This document shows, piece by piece, positions 37,486-49,140 of a stretch of 64,000 bases of DNA. The first letter of the stretch is position 1; every line of letters starts with the position of its first letter. Below the pieces are notes generated by a model that saw only the letters and a program-made list of their open reading frames with translations, was not told where the DNA came from and did no database searches. Source of the stretch: Raillietiella orientalis (taxonomy: Eukaryota); contig JAYWIR010000030.1 of assembly GCA_036172245.1 (NCBI GenBank), forward strand, positions 744,001 through 808,000, in the 5' to 3' direction. The position numbers were made by a program, and so were the translations under genes.

Positions 37486-37899
37486 CCTGATGGACGCACG
37501 TTGCTTGGAAATCCTCGTGGCCCCCAAGAAAGCTGAAGTAGCTGGAAGATGTCTGCTCTGCTTGCAGGGAGAACATTCTTCCTTGAGCCGTTATCGTTAT
37601 GATTCAAGAAGGATTATCTTTCAGGAGGGATCGATGACTATAAGCTGGAGAGTTTCCCCTCAGAGGTCGCCATCGCAAACCTGGGATCCCATGTTACGTT
37701 CGTAAGACATTAGGATGCAGCAGAGTCGACATCGAGATAAGACATCCAAGGGGGCAAACTGGCGTCGATCCTGTACCAATCCTGTAGAACCGTACAACTG
37801 ATTATTGCACTGTGCTCATGTTTTTGACTTTGCCAAGATTTTTATTTCTATAAGATCTCGGGGAGCACGAGCTTTCCGGTAATTTTATGGCTACTGCAT

Positions 37900-38650
37900 G
37901 CAAATATAATCAGCTCAGTTGCTGTGGCAGCCAGTATCCGGGCCTTGTTTCTCTATCGATTCTTCGTGAAATATAGATATGCCCTCTTTCCCCAAATTTC
38001 AACCCTAAAGGGAGTTCCATCAGGACTCTACTGCTTTCCATTTCTTCCTTTCAGAAAAGGTCATCACTGGGGATCCAATAAAGACATCAACTCTGTGAAG
38101 TGTTGCGATTTTGACAGATATTATGGCCTAAGCCCCCTCGAAAACCGAATCCCAAGTGGAACAGGGAGCACCTGGAACGGCAATGGATTGCATACGCGCG
38201 TCCAGAGTTTTCACTGGTTCCGCATTGGGTGTGGCGCAGAATGATTGGTCCCCGTGTCCACCCCCGGTACTCCAGATGAATGCAAGAAGCCGGTAGAATC
38301 GATTCCGACAAATAAGCTCCCAAGTGGCAAGTGACGAGGTAGCAAGGGTTGGGAGGTGTGGTTCAACCACCCGCTTCGACGGAAACAGGCTGAGTCTCCT
38401 AAAAGACTCTGTTGCCTGTGCGCTGCATGATCCCTACCTGTGATGCACGAGACTGCTTTCTGATTCGCGTAACCGCCTCAGAACTCGTGAGTATTCTTTC
38501 CATTCCTTCTTCTGCAAGAATCATCACAAATCAGTCCCTTCTTCCTGGTCTTCTTCTTCCCATCTTCACTTCTCGGTGCAAGTCTGTGGCAGGCATGGGA
38601 AAACACACACTGTCGCGCACTTGCAGAATTCTTGTAAGCAACCGATCGTG
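37900..38650 (+). mobile_element. Very degenerate L1/Tx1-like RT remnant
   Basis: ISTLKGVPSGLYCFPFL resembles GVRQGxPLSPxLF; a downstream segment resembles WxxxxLSxxGRLxLxK. Confidence 0.35.
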
Positions 38651-39146
38651 CTGCGTAACCCAAAGATGGAATGTAAATTTCTACATACTTCGGCTGACGC
38701 GGGTTGGCTCGCATTCGGGTGCGGTACTGGTAGCTGAAAAATCGGATGCCTTTCGTGAGTGGCCGGGATTGAGAGGCGACCCTTCGGGGTCCTTCAAGGA
38801 AACTGAGTCAAGGAGTCGGCTCCTTTCCAGTTGTGCAAAGGAGACGTGTGCGAAGGACTCTCCATTGCGTAGCATGGAGCTGGTAGATTGATATCCCTAT
38901 GGAGTTCAAGGAGCGTGCCGCTCCCTTCGGGAAGTGTCCTTCCTCGAAAATTGGGGAGCGTACCTTCGGGGTTCTCATCAGAGGAGCAACAAGGAGCGGT
39001 TTCCTTGCTGGTTCCCTCAGGAGAAGAAATTCGAAGAGCGGATCCTTTTCGGGTTCCCTTCAGAGAAGGAGCAATGGAGCGGATCCCTCAGAAGGTCTTT
39101 TCAAAGAGAATAAGGAAGAGGTTCCCCTATGAGGTTCCCTTCGGAC

Positions 39147-39732
39147 ACAACCAGCAGATGCGGGGAATGAGGATCCTTCCTGCACCTGCTAGTGGACTGT
39201 GCTGCCCTCCGGACCCTACGGGGACGTTTCGGAACGATCCTCCGCATCCCAGTCGGCGCTCCCAGGGACGTTTCACGGCTCCTCTTCGTTCGGGACTCCC
39301 TGCAGCCGGCCTCAGCCCCAGCAGCACTTTGCTGCCTACACGGGATTGCGGTGGCCTGGAGCGAAGCCGACGGAGGAAGAAGCGGGAGGGACGCCGTCCA
39401 GTCCGCAGTTCGCTTTCTGAGGATGGCGGCCAGATGGCTCCACCTGGCACCTATTCGAACGGATCCTGCTGTCATCCTGGAAAGGATGCAGACCCCCTCC
39501 AGCGGACAGGGGTCCCTTCCCGACGTTCCCAAAGATTTTTGATTTCTTTTCATTTACTCTTTTTGTCTTCTCCCATCCCCCCCTCCGCTACCAAGGTCAG
39601 CCCCTCCAGCCTGAGCACCGGCGATCCGACAGGTGCATGGAGGAACTGAGTGCGGAAGGACCAGGTGTCCTACCACAATTTCGGAGTTTCTTTTGAATTT
39701 TAAGAAACGCCCAGGCGTGGTCCGGGTGGAAA
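39147..39732 (+). mobile_element. Tx1/L1-like 3' fragment inserted in repeat X
   Basis: LHLLVDCAALRTL...WLHLAPIRTDPAVILERMQ, T-rich tract, terminal motif at 39708-39732. Confidence 0.88.
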
Positions 39733-41049
39733 TCGGAGGCAAGCAGGGTGGAGGGTGTGTTCCCTTCGTGGTTCGCTCCCAGGCGTGAGAGGAACGGACT
39801 CTCTTCTCCGGAGTCCTTCCTGGATCCATAGGATGTCCCCTCCCAGGGTCACCCCCTACGACTCGAAGAGTTACACTTACCCTCGGGTGGAAGGGACAAC
39901 GTCAAAGAGCTTCAAGAGCCTCCCTCACAGTTCTCCTCCCACGGAGGCAAGTGGGTCGCGGGATGTCCGCACTCCAGCACGTGGTCGCGCTTAGCAGCTT
40001 CCACCTCATCTTTCTCTCGTGCCCTCGGCAGTCCAAGACGATCCACAGCATCCCTTCACGGGGTGGAGGCTGGGGGAGGGTTAGTGGCACGCGCGCGCCG
40101 CGTGCAATGAGCCCGCTGACGTCACCACCGCTGACATTGTGGTCGTGGCCGTCCTGAATTGCGGGGTCGTAGCAACGGAAGCGGCGACCGGCCACCGTGT
40201 GGCCACGGCGACAGCTGCCAGCCCGATCGCCATGGAGGCAACGACCCCCTTAGGGAAGGAGAGGTTCCGGCCGTCGTTGCCACCTCTCCCCGCTCGGTTC
40301 ACAGCGCCATCCTTCCCGAGAGGAGGCAGCAGCTCGGGGTCTCTTCGCCCCTGCAGGCCCTAACCGCATCCTCCCTTCCCTTCCGTCCTACCTTCTCGCC
40401 GCCTGGAGGCGCGCGTTTCGGGGCGAGTCTTGCCGGGCTTGCGAGGTCGTGAGGCGGGTTCCCATGGGGAGGAGGAAGGGGAGGGAGAGAAGGAAGGAAG
40501 GTAAGAAAAGGGCCGTGGTGGCTGATGCCGTGGTTCCGAGTGCGTCCCGACGACGAGATGCCGCCGCCTCCGGCACGCGGGATTTCAGGCACATGTCCCC
40601 TGCGAATGATCGACCTCTCAGCTCCTCCGAAGTAAGCAGCAGCCACCACAGCAGCGTACACTGTGGAGAGCTTGGTCCAGGGGCGATCACAATGGTGAGA
40701 GGGGCTCGCGCTCGATCTTTGGGGTGGAGACGATGGCCCTCCTCAGGCCTCTCCCGTGTCTTCCACGTCTCCGGCGGAGACGTGGTCCAGCTGCCTCCAG
40801 AAGGCATAGGATCGGTCCGTTCCGGGATGGCAATTTTTTCTTGCCGGAACGGGCCGTAGTGTGGAACACGTTTGTGGCCTCTCTCTTCCTCCCTGCTTTT
40901 TGATTGCCCTCCACGGAGTAGCATTAAAAGGTGGACGAAGGACCTCTGAGAATCGCCCTGTGGGGCACAGGGAGGCTCGAGTCCTCCTGAAGGACTTGTG
41001 AGCTCCGAGTCGCCATGGTGGTCTCTTCCTTCTGACGCTAAGAGGCCAG

Positions 41050-42346
41050 GAGCGGTAGCTCCAGTGGAGGATGCTTGCCCTAGTGGCGAAGTTTTGGAGC
41101 ACAAAGTGGTGCGAGCCCGCACGATATCTGGTCAAGCGAGCCACCGGCTACGCGGGATTGTCTTCGTTTCTGGCACGGCGGTTCAGACGCAACGGATCCA
41201 GCTGCGGACTGGAGCTCTGGCGAGTGGCCAAGCGGACCAGGACCAACAACAGCTGGATCCTCTGACGGCCAGCGAACGGTAGTGACTGGTTGCAGGAAAC
41301 CGTACGCACATAGGCCAAGAACAACGAAGCGAGCCCGGAGATGCGACGGCGACTGCTGTACTCCTCCTACAACAACAGCCCGCTGCAAGACGCCATCGTG
41401 CAGTCCACCACATGTGCGTGGGTACAAAGAGCCTCTCTTGTTGCGGAGCTGTTTTAAATCTGAGAGTTTCTGGACAGTAGTTAGCCGGTCTAATGGGAGG
41501 TCTGATGTGAAATCGGTGGCACACCGAAGGAGTTAGGTAGTTGGACCACGGGTCAGATAGCAGACGCTGCAGCGCCAAGTGCTCCACCGAAGGGGCTATT
41601 GCGCTGGGCGAGCTGCTGCGAATCTCACAGGAAGACCTCGAGTGGCTCCCAGCACTGAAGAACAACCGGGCCCTCCCCTTGAAGTGGCAGCAGCCGGATA
41701 TCCTGATGTTGCAGTGGAGTCTCCCGTGCAACGCCCTCCTGTGTCACTGAACCTGGGGGGCTGTGAGACCCAACTGTTGAAGGCGCGGGATACGGGAATC
41801 CCCCCACACCTGCTTATAGACTGTGTTGCCCTCCAGTCCCTGTGGTTGAGTTACGCAACGGCCTTTGGTGCATCGAGGATAATCTCAGGGACGTCATGAA
41901 GCGCCTCTTCGTGCGCGATGCCCTTTTGTCTGCCACATCACCTGCAGCTCTTTGCTGCTGCCTACGCGGGATTGTAAAAGTCTGGAGATACGTGAGAGGA
42001 GGACGGAAGGAGAGGACGACGCCATCTGCTTCACGCGGCTTCCTGTGGACGGCAGCAAGATGGCCCTACCCCGAGCACACTCGGGTGGAACTTGCCAGCA
42101 TCCTGGAAAGGATGCAGAGGACGCCCTCCAGCGGACAGAGGGCCCTTCCGTGACCCCCAGAGTTTTTTTTTTTATTGATTTTTATTTTTGTTTGTCCCTC
42201 CCCTCTCCGCTGCCGAGGCGAACCTCTCCGGTCTGCGTGCCGGTTACTCGGCAGGCTCCGAGCATTTTCGGACTCTGTAGGGCCGATGGATCTACATATG
42301 TATGTTTATTTTTCATGAAAATGTTCCGGCGCGACCTGGTGATAAA
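41050..42346 (+). mobile_element. Tx1/L1-like 3' fragment
   Basis: MLALVAKFWSTKWCEPARYL, LPLKWQQPDILMLQWSLPCN, PHLLIDC and ILERMQ; terminal motif at 42323-42346. Confidence 0.88.
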
Positions 42347-45290
42347 CCCGAGCCACCCCTCCCTCCGGGGTTGCGGGAGATCGGACGCTTGCCGTGTCCG
42401 TCCCCCTTCCGAGAGGCCCCTTCCTGGTACGATGGGCGAGGTTCCCGTTCGCCTCCGCATCCGACGCTCATCCTCCATCCACACCGCTCCCTTGTTGGTC
42501 AGACAGGGGGACGCGGCAGCGGCCGAGGTGGCGGCAGAGGGGGCGCACTTGACGTCATGACGCGCGGGGGGACGTTCGGCAGCGCCGAGTTCCCCTCCCT
42601 CCGTCCCGCCATCTACGTGGCCATGCATCCGAGGAGGATTTCCGCCACGCCGACGGCGGAAGGATCCGTCCTGGGAGCGGCCCTTCAGCTTCGGGAGCTG
42701 CACGTCTCAGGGCCTGCCTCTATGTGAGCCCCGCGACTCTCCCTAGTGGGGGAAGACTGGGCGAAAGGAGGAAGAGGAGCCCGGAGGGGGAAGAGGATCG
42801 TTCCCGCAGGCGGGTTGCCCGAGAGGACTCCCTCCGCCCCGGATGGGGCGTTCTCTCCTCGCGCGACACGCCTGAGGAGAGAACGCCTCGGCAATGGATG
42901 GGAGGCCTCTGCCCGCGGCGTAGCACGCGGGAGGGACGGAAGGCTGCGGGACGTGCGCTGCCCTCTCGCGGCGGACTCCAGCACTCGCGTCTTCTCCGCG
43001 GTCCTGCCCGAGACGGTACAGAGGGACTGTGCAGGCGTTTCCTCCTCCTTCTCAAACGCGAGCCTTTCCAGGGGCTGTTCCCAGGATGGATCCTTCCGCC
43101 GTCCGCATGGCGGGAAAGGCAGAAACCCACCGGGCAGCCCGGCTGGCGCGCGCATCACCAGAGCGAAGCACCTCGGCAGGCGGAATGCGCGGTTGTGTCG
43201 TCTTCTCTTTTTCGCAGCAGAGCGCCACGGATGGTGCCGCTCCTCGGGAGACGGGAACGGGAGCTTGTGGCCCTGAGGCCTCACCTGGAACGCGCCCCGT
43301 GAGTCAGAGTCGCCCGGCAGGAAAGCGCAGGAACCGTGGAGAGAAACGAAAAGGAACGCTCCCTCTTCGTTTCTCTCCGCGGTTCCTTCTGCCTCGTCTT
43401 CCCGCCTCCGCTCCGAAGCGCAGGTCGTCCGGCACACGCACCGGCGGGCACAAAGTCCCCGCCACCGGGTAATCTGCTTCAGCTTCCGTTTCCCGTTCGT
43501 TCCCTCTGTGTCCGGCTTCTGGATGAACCTGTCCTGTCGGCTTCCGCTCGGCGTATTCTCTTCCTCGAGGGCAGGGAAGACGCCGAGTGACGGGCTCGCC
43601 GGCGTCAGCCTTCCTTGGCTGAACCTTAGCCGCACTCCTGCCGCTCCCGAGCTGGCAGCCTGGACGCCGGCGCCGGGCTTCCGATCTTGTGCTCCGGGAA
43701 GAGCACCGCAAGGAACTCTTGCGCGTACCCTCTCCCTGATCCTTGCGACCAAAGCGGAGGTCTGTTCTCGCAGAGCAGCTTTTCGAATATCCAAATGACC
43801 ATTCGTTTCCGTCGTAGGTCACCTTCCTCGCAAGCGTCGTGGCCGTCCTCCTTGTTGTTATGATATGGCTCGCTTTGCCTTCGACCCTTTGGGACCCTTT
43901 CCAGACTGATCCTTCACCATCTCTCTGTTTGCACTATCGAGTCTTCCCGATCCAGGCGGCATTCCAAGACCCGGAGGAAGCCAGGACTGTCCTCCTGCCA
44001 TGACCGAATGTTCAACAGGAAGCCCCTACGTTCCTTGATCTGTTGCATCCTTTTTATCGGATGCTTCTTCCACGCTGACTTCTACACTCACGAATTCCCC
44101 CTGGTCCGGAACTGCTTCCAAGTACAATGCTTCATGCTGATCCACCTGAGTAATTTAGTGGATGGTGAATAACAAATCAGGGAGCAACCGTTACTAAGGC
44201 TTTGCCTGCATTCCACCCATCAAGGATGCTTTCTTAGTAACTGGGCTTGCGTGAGAAATCAGGGTTTCTTTTGCCGAGAAAAAATATATTTATTCCGCTA
44301 CTTCGATTCGCACGATCTGCTCTGTTTGTGTGTATGTGTGCGTGTGTGTGTGTGGTGAAGTATCTGTAATTCACCGCAGTCTCTCCGATGAAAAACTACC
44401 TGATGTTTCCCGAATTGCATTTAGTTCCAGCTTGGCTCTTTGAGTTAATCCACCTCAGTTTCCGTATACATTTGAGAGATCCCATCTCAAAGTAATGGAA
44501 AACACTCTTAGATCGCCTTCCCGTGGCTGAAATGGTAAGAGCGATGGAAAGTCAAGATGGGAGGGTCTTTCCAGGGCTGAGTTGCCCGAGGGTTACGTGA
44601 TGCTCAAAGTGAAGCTCTTACGCCCGCTGGTACAACGCTGCCGGGTGCTTCGAAAATCGACGTGGTGGCACCAGCCTACTGCGCGCCACCGAAGACCACT
44701 CTCCAGCATTGACTAGTTGACCAGACCAAGCTAGCAGATCTCTGAAACAGAAGAATTTCCCCTATCTTTTTCGGACTGAGATCAGTTAAAAAGAATTTTA
44801 AGATGTTGCTGTACGAACGAGGAGGGCATTGCAATTCTATTGTCACTGAATCTATCGTGTACTTAGCAAAAAAAATATCCTCGTTCTTCTAGAAACATTG
44901 TTTATGTGAACTCTGTGCACATGCAAAGATCAACGTATTCCTGAATCCTAACAACAGGAAGCAAATTGAATGTGTTGCACCACAACGCCTGTGAACATAA
45001 GGAACTGGTGACGGAAGCGGGCGATTAACGAAAGGAAGAAAAGAAAAAAGGGAGTCCACGTCGCACCAACTCTTATTCTTTCTTTGTTGTAGGAACGATA
45101 AACAAAGGGGGAAAGAATATTCTGGAATAAATCAGGATGTGTACTGTCTCTGACTTTATAGCTGCATTGTTTCCTGCTGTCTTACCTTCCCCTGCGGAAT
45201 GCGATTATCAAGCCAAAGTAGGTGCCTGAAGAACCGTCGCGCGCCTGGCAGCTCACGCAGCTCTTTCACACTGTTCCACACCACCCGACA

Positions 45291-46024
45291 GTAAGTGTAA
45301 CTCTTCGAGTCGTAGGGGGCGACCCTGGGAGGGGACATCCTATGAATCCAGGAAGGACTCCGGAGAAGAGAGTCCGTTCCTCTCACGCCTGGGAGCGAAC
45401 CACGAAGGGAACACACCCTCCACCCTGCTTGCCTCCGATTTCCACCCGGACCACGCCTGGGCGTTTCTTAAAATTCAAAAGAAACTCCGAAATTGTGGTA
45501 GGACACCTGGTCCTTCCGCACTCAGTTCCTCCATGCACCTGTCGGATCGCCGGTGCTCAGGCTGGAGGGGCTGACCTCGGTAGCGGAGGGGGGGATGGGA
45601 GAAGACAAAAAGAGTAAATGAAAAGAAATCAAAAATCTTTGGGAACGTCGGGAAGGGACCCCTGTCCGCTGGAGGGGGTCTGCATCCTTTCCAGGATGAC
45701 AGCAGGATCCGTTCGAATAGGTGCCAGGTGGAGCCATCTGGCCGCCATCCTCAGAAAGCGAACTGCGGACTGGACGGCGTCCCTCCCGCTTCTTCCTCCG
45801 TCGGCTTCGCTCCAGGCCACCGCAATCCCGTGTAGGCAGCAAAGTGCTGCTGGGGCTGAGGCCGGCTGCAGGGAGTCCCGAACGAAAAGGAGCCGTGAAA
45901 CGTCCCTGGAAGCGTCGACTGGGATGCGGAGGATCGTTCCAAAACGTCCCCGTAGGGTCCGGAGGGCAGCACAGTCCACTAGCAGGTGCAGGAAGGATCC
46001 TCATTCCCCGCATCTGCTGGTTGT
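45291..46024 (-). repeat. Near-identical inverted copy of 39147-39880 (Tx1-like tail plus repeat X flank)
   Basis: The reverse complement matches with only a few substitutions. Confidence 0.95.
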
Positions 46025-48429
46025 CTCTGAAGGGAACCCCGAAGGGGAACCTCTTCTTGGCTCTATCCAGCTGGACCCCCTGGAAAGGGTCCTTTCCTTG
46101 TTTCTCCCCTGAAGGAAACCTCGAAGGGACGCTTTCTAATTTGTTCCCACAGTTTTAGGGCTGAATCCAGGAGGGGACCACCCTATGAGTCCAAGAATAC
46201 TTTAGAGGCAGTCCGTTCCTCTCATGCTTGGGAGGAAACCCCGAAGGGAGCCTCCTGCTTCTGACATTCCGTAGTGGCGATCCCCCGAGGGGGGTATCAC
46301 TCGATCAGCTCCATGGTTGGCGATGGAAAGCCCTTCTTAAGGGAAAGGGACGCCTTCTTTTTCACAGTCGTAGGGGGACCTCTAAGGAACCAACAGGCTC
46401 CTTGATTCCCGGAAGGGGCCCAGGAGGGTGGACTTCCAATCCCAGCCGATCAGCGGGCATCCAGTTCCCCGCTGACCACCAATGCACCGCACCCGAATGG
46501 GCTAGCCAGGGTCATCATCCTGAGGGGGGAACTCGTAACCCACGATGCGTCCCCCGTTCTCGAAGTCGATCCTTCCCTGGGCGGGATTCGAATCCGCAAC
46601 GCTCGCTGCCACGCTCAGAGAGCACGCGGTCACCAGCGCGGATCTCGGGGAAGGAGAAACCACCACCCGCTGCGATCCACGCGCCGGAGAGATTTTCTCC
46701 TAGGGAGAAGAACTTCTTCACCCTTTCCTCGCTTCTTTCCTCTTGCTCGCGTTCCAGGTGAGATCTCCCGGAGAAGCCTCGAACGTTGCGCCCATTTCTG
46801 CAGCTAGTCTGGCGCACTCCCTTTTCCGGTTCTCGAGGACAAAGGAAAAAGGAAAGGGAGGAGCAGCAGCAGCAACTCCTCCCTTTCCTTTTCCCTAGCA
46901 GCAGCAACACCACAAAGCGAGTTCCTCGGCACCTCAGCATCCAGAGGCTGCTGCAATTGCTGCCGCAAACCGGCTGCCGCGCCAGGAGATAGCAGTCTCG
47001 TAAGGAGGCCAACCCGGCTGGCGCCTCTGGAAAACCGGAGGCCAGCAACTTTACGGATAGGCTGCCACGGCAACCCTTCGCAGTGGTGGCCAAGGTCCAC
47101 CCAGCCCCTCGATGATGTGCATTATCTTTTGATTGAGTATCATCTCTAGAGCACCCGCGTTTTTTTTTTCTTTTTTTCCACCCTCTTCTTCTTCTTAGCT
47201 GAGACTATGCCGAAGGGGAGATTCGGACGAGATTAATTTTTATCTGTGTAATCTGGACAGGGCGCCTCCCGAAAGAATCTTGCAGCGAGCGCTCCTTAAG
47301 TGCACTGCACAGCCTCTCGAAGGCGGCTCACACGAGCCTCCTGGAGAAACAGACGCGAAGTTGTCATGGGAAACTCCGGTTTCCAGATCGAGCTCTCCTG
47401 AATCTACCTTTGCGGCTCCGAGCACGCTGCCCTAGTGGCGTTCGAGACTCCATGGAACCTGACCTTATGGCATTCCCTTGCAATGGGATCAGAGAAATGG
47501 ACACCATCTCGTTTTCGCGTTATCCCTGCTGTTTACGTACAATTTATTCTTCTTTGCGGAACGCAAGGCCCTGTGTCACTTTGCACGACGTGGTCCTTTT
47601 TGCGTTCGTGGGTCAAAAGACACATTTGTGAGAGATCTGCCTCACTTGATATCGTTCAGCATCGACAAGGAGTGTCTCGTGTCGTCTGGCAAAATAAATG
47701 CATGAGGGACCACGTTGTTTTCATTTTTCTTCCTTTCTTTTTTTGTTGCTGTTCCTCGTCTTCTAAACATGCATTATGCCTTCTTGTTCCTAGTGAGGGA
47801 TCTAAGGCCTCTGCGGAGATAGGCTTTTCGCGTAGGCATCTCATGGACTGATCATGCAATGCACATTAGAGCCTTTTTTACAAAGTCGCACCATCTCGAA
47901 ATGTTTCGTTAATGTTGGCGACCATTTTAAATGCACTGCGTTTATGTATTTTATAATTTTATCTCTGGATTAAAAACAACGACAACCAAAAACGCGCGGA
48001 TGTAGCTTTTGCACCTGATTACATGCTTGGCAAATCGGTTCTTCGGCGCAAGGAAGCAAAGTTCCCATTTATCCACTCCTTTTTCACGTCATACTATGAA
48101 TAAGGCTTCCTTGGAGTTATGGCCTCACATTAACCAGTCAGCCAAACATTCCGATTTGCTCTTCTGCGTTGCGTACCGCGCGCGCGCGCCTCTCCCTTTT
48201 AGACCACTCTGTTGCGCCTTGAAGCTTGGCATCCCTGCATTTGCCGCCAGAGTCCACCAAACGTCCTGCTTCTTCAGGGATGATGACAGATCCGCGTGGA
48301 CAACCAACCTAAGCAGCAGAGTTTAGTAATTGAGTCATTTTGCGTAAGCTGGTTGCTGAAGCGAAGTAGCAGTTGGAGCCATTTCACAGTGAACGGCAAT
48401 CCATAACCAAAAGATATTTTCGAAGAACG

Positions 48430-49140
48430 GTTTTCACGATGGGACAAAGTCATGCAGATACACCGTGAGCTGTGCGATTTGGGGAATACTTGTATATACG
48501 TGTGTCCAGCATGCACATGTATGTACATTCTTAGTCGTAGGCGTGTGATGTATGCACATGCATCCGGCAGATTTGTGTAGACATGCAATGTGCGTGCATG
48601 CAGATGGAATAATGTCTCCCCTTGCGTGCATATACATATAGGTGCGTGCATACATAATTACGTGTACTATACACGTTAACTGAGTAAACTGATCGCGCAC
48701 ACCTACTCAAGCGCAGGTGACGTATGGATGCACAGGGAGATGTACATAGAAGCACATACAGAAAGATGTGCAGTGAGAATGTACACTTCCATTCACGCTA
48801 ACACGTTGATTCACGCGCACGTTTATCAGTTGCGCACGGATTACACGATATGCAATTCGTACATAATTTTATTTATGATGTACGAGATTTTGTATAAATG
48901 CGCATGATCTGCATGCACTGTGTGATATGCAGTTTGTGTGTTAATACACATCTTTTGTCCACTCTTTATACAGGTGTGTACACAGATAGATGCAGACACA
49001 GCAGCATAGGCAGACCACACAAACGAGCATACGTGCACACGTAGAAACGCTGTTTCACTTGCATCATAGATTAAACCTTCAAAGTATATATGACGTCCAT
49101 AAAAATACATACATGCGTGTCCTTAAGATGCATGTGTATA
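48430..49140. repeat. Cryptic low-complexity alternating purine-pyrimidine tract (tgca/taca/cata rich)
   Basis: Dense runs such as gcatgcacatgtatgtacat and gcgtgcatatacatata. Confidence 0.6.

Noticed and set aside
39930..43822. Long GC-rich ORFs such as 42685-43794 and 40388-41122
   Set aside because: No domain motifs; long open frames on both strands are expected at this GC content. Possibly TE ORF1 debris, but not supportable.
44328..44353. Short (GT)n tract, and (CA)n at 61825-61849
   Set aside because: Ordinary microsatellites.
9036..45463. Recurrent junction motif read as a recombinase site (integron- or shufflon-like system)
   Set aside because: It always lies at the 3' end of an element, is enclosed by TSDs in two cases, and no recombinase gene is visible.
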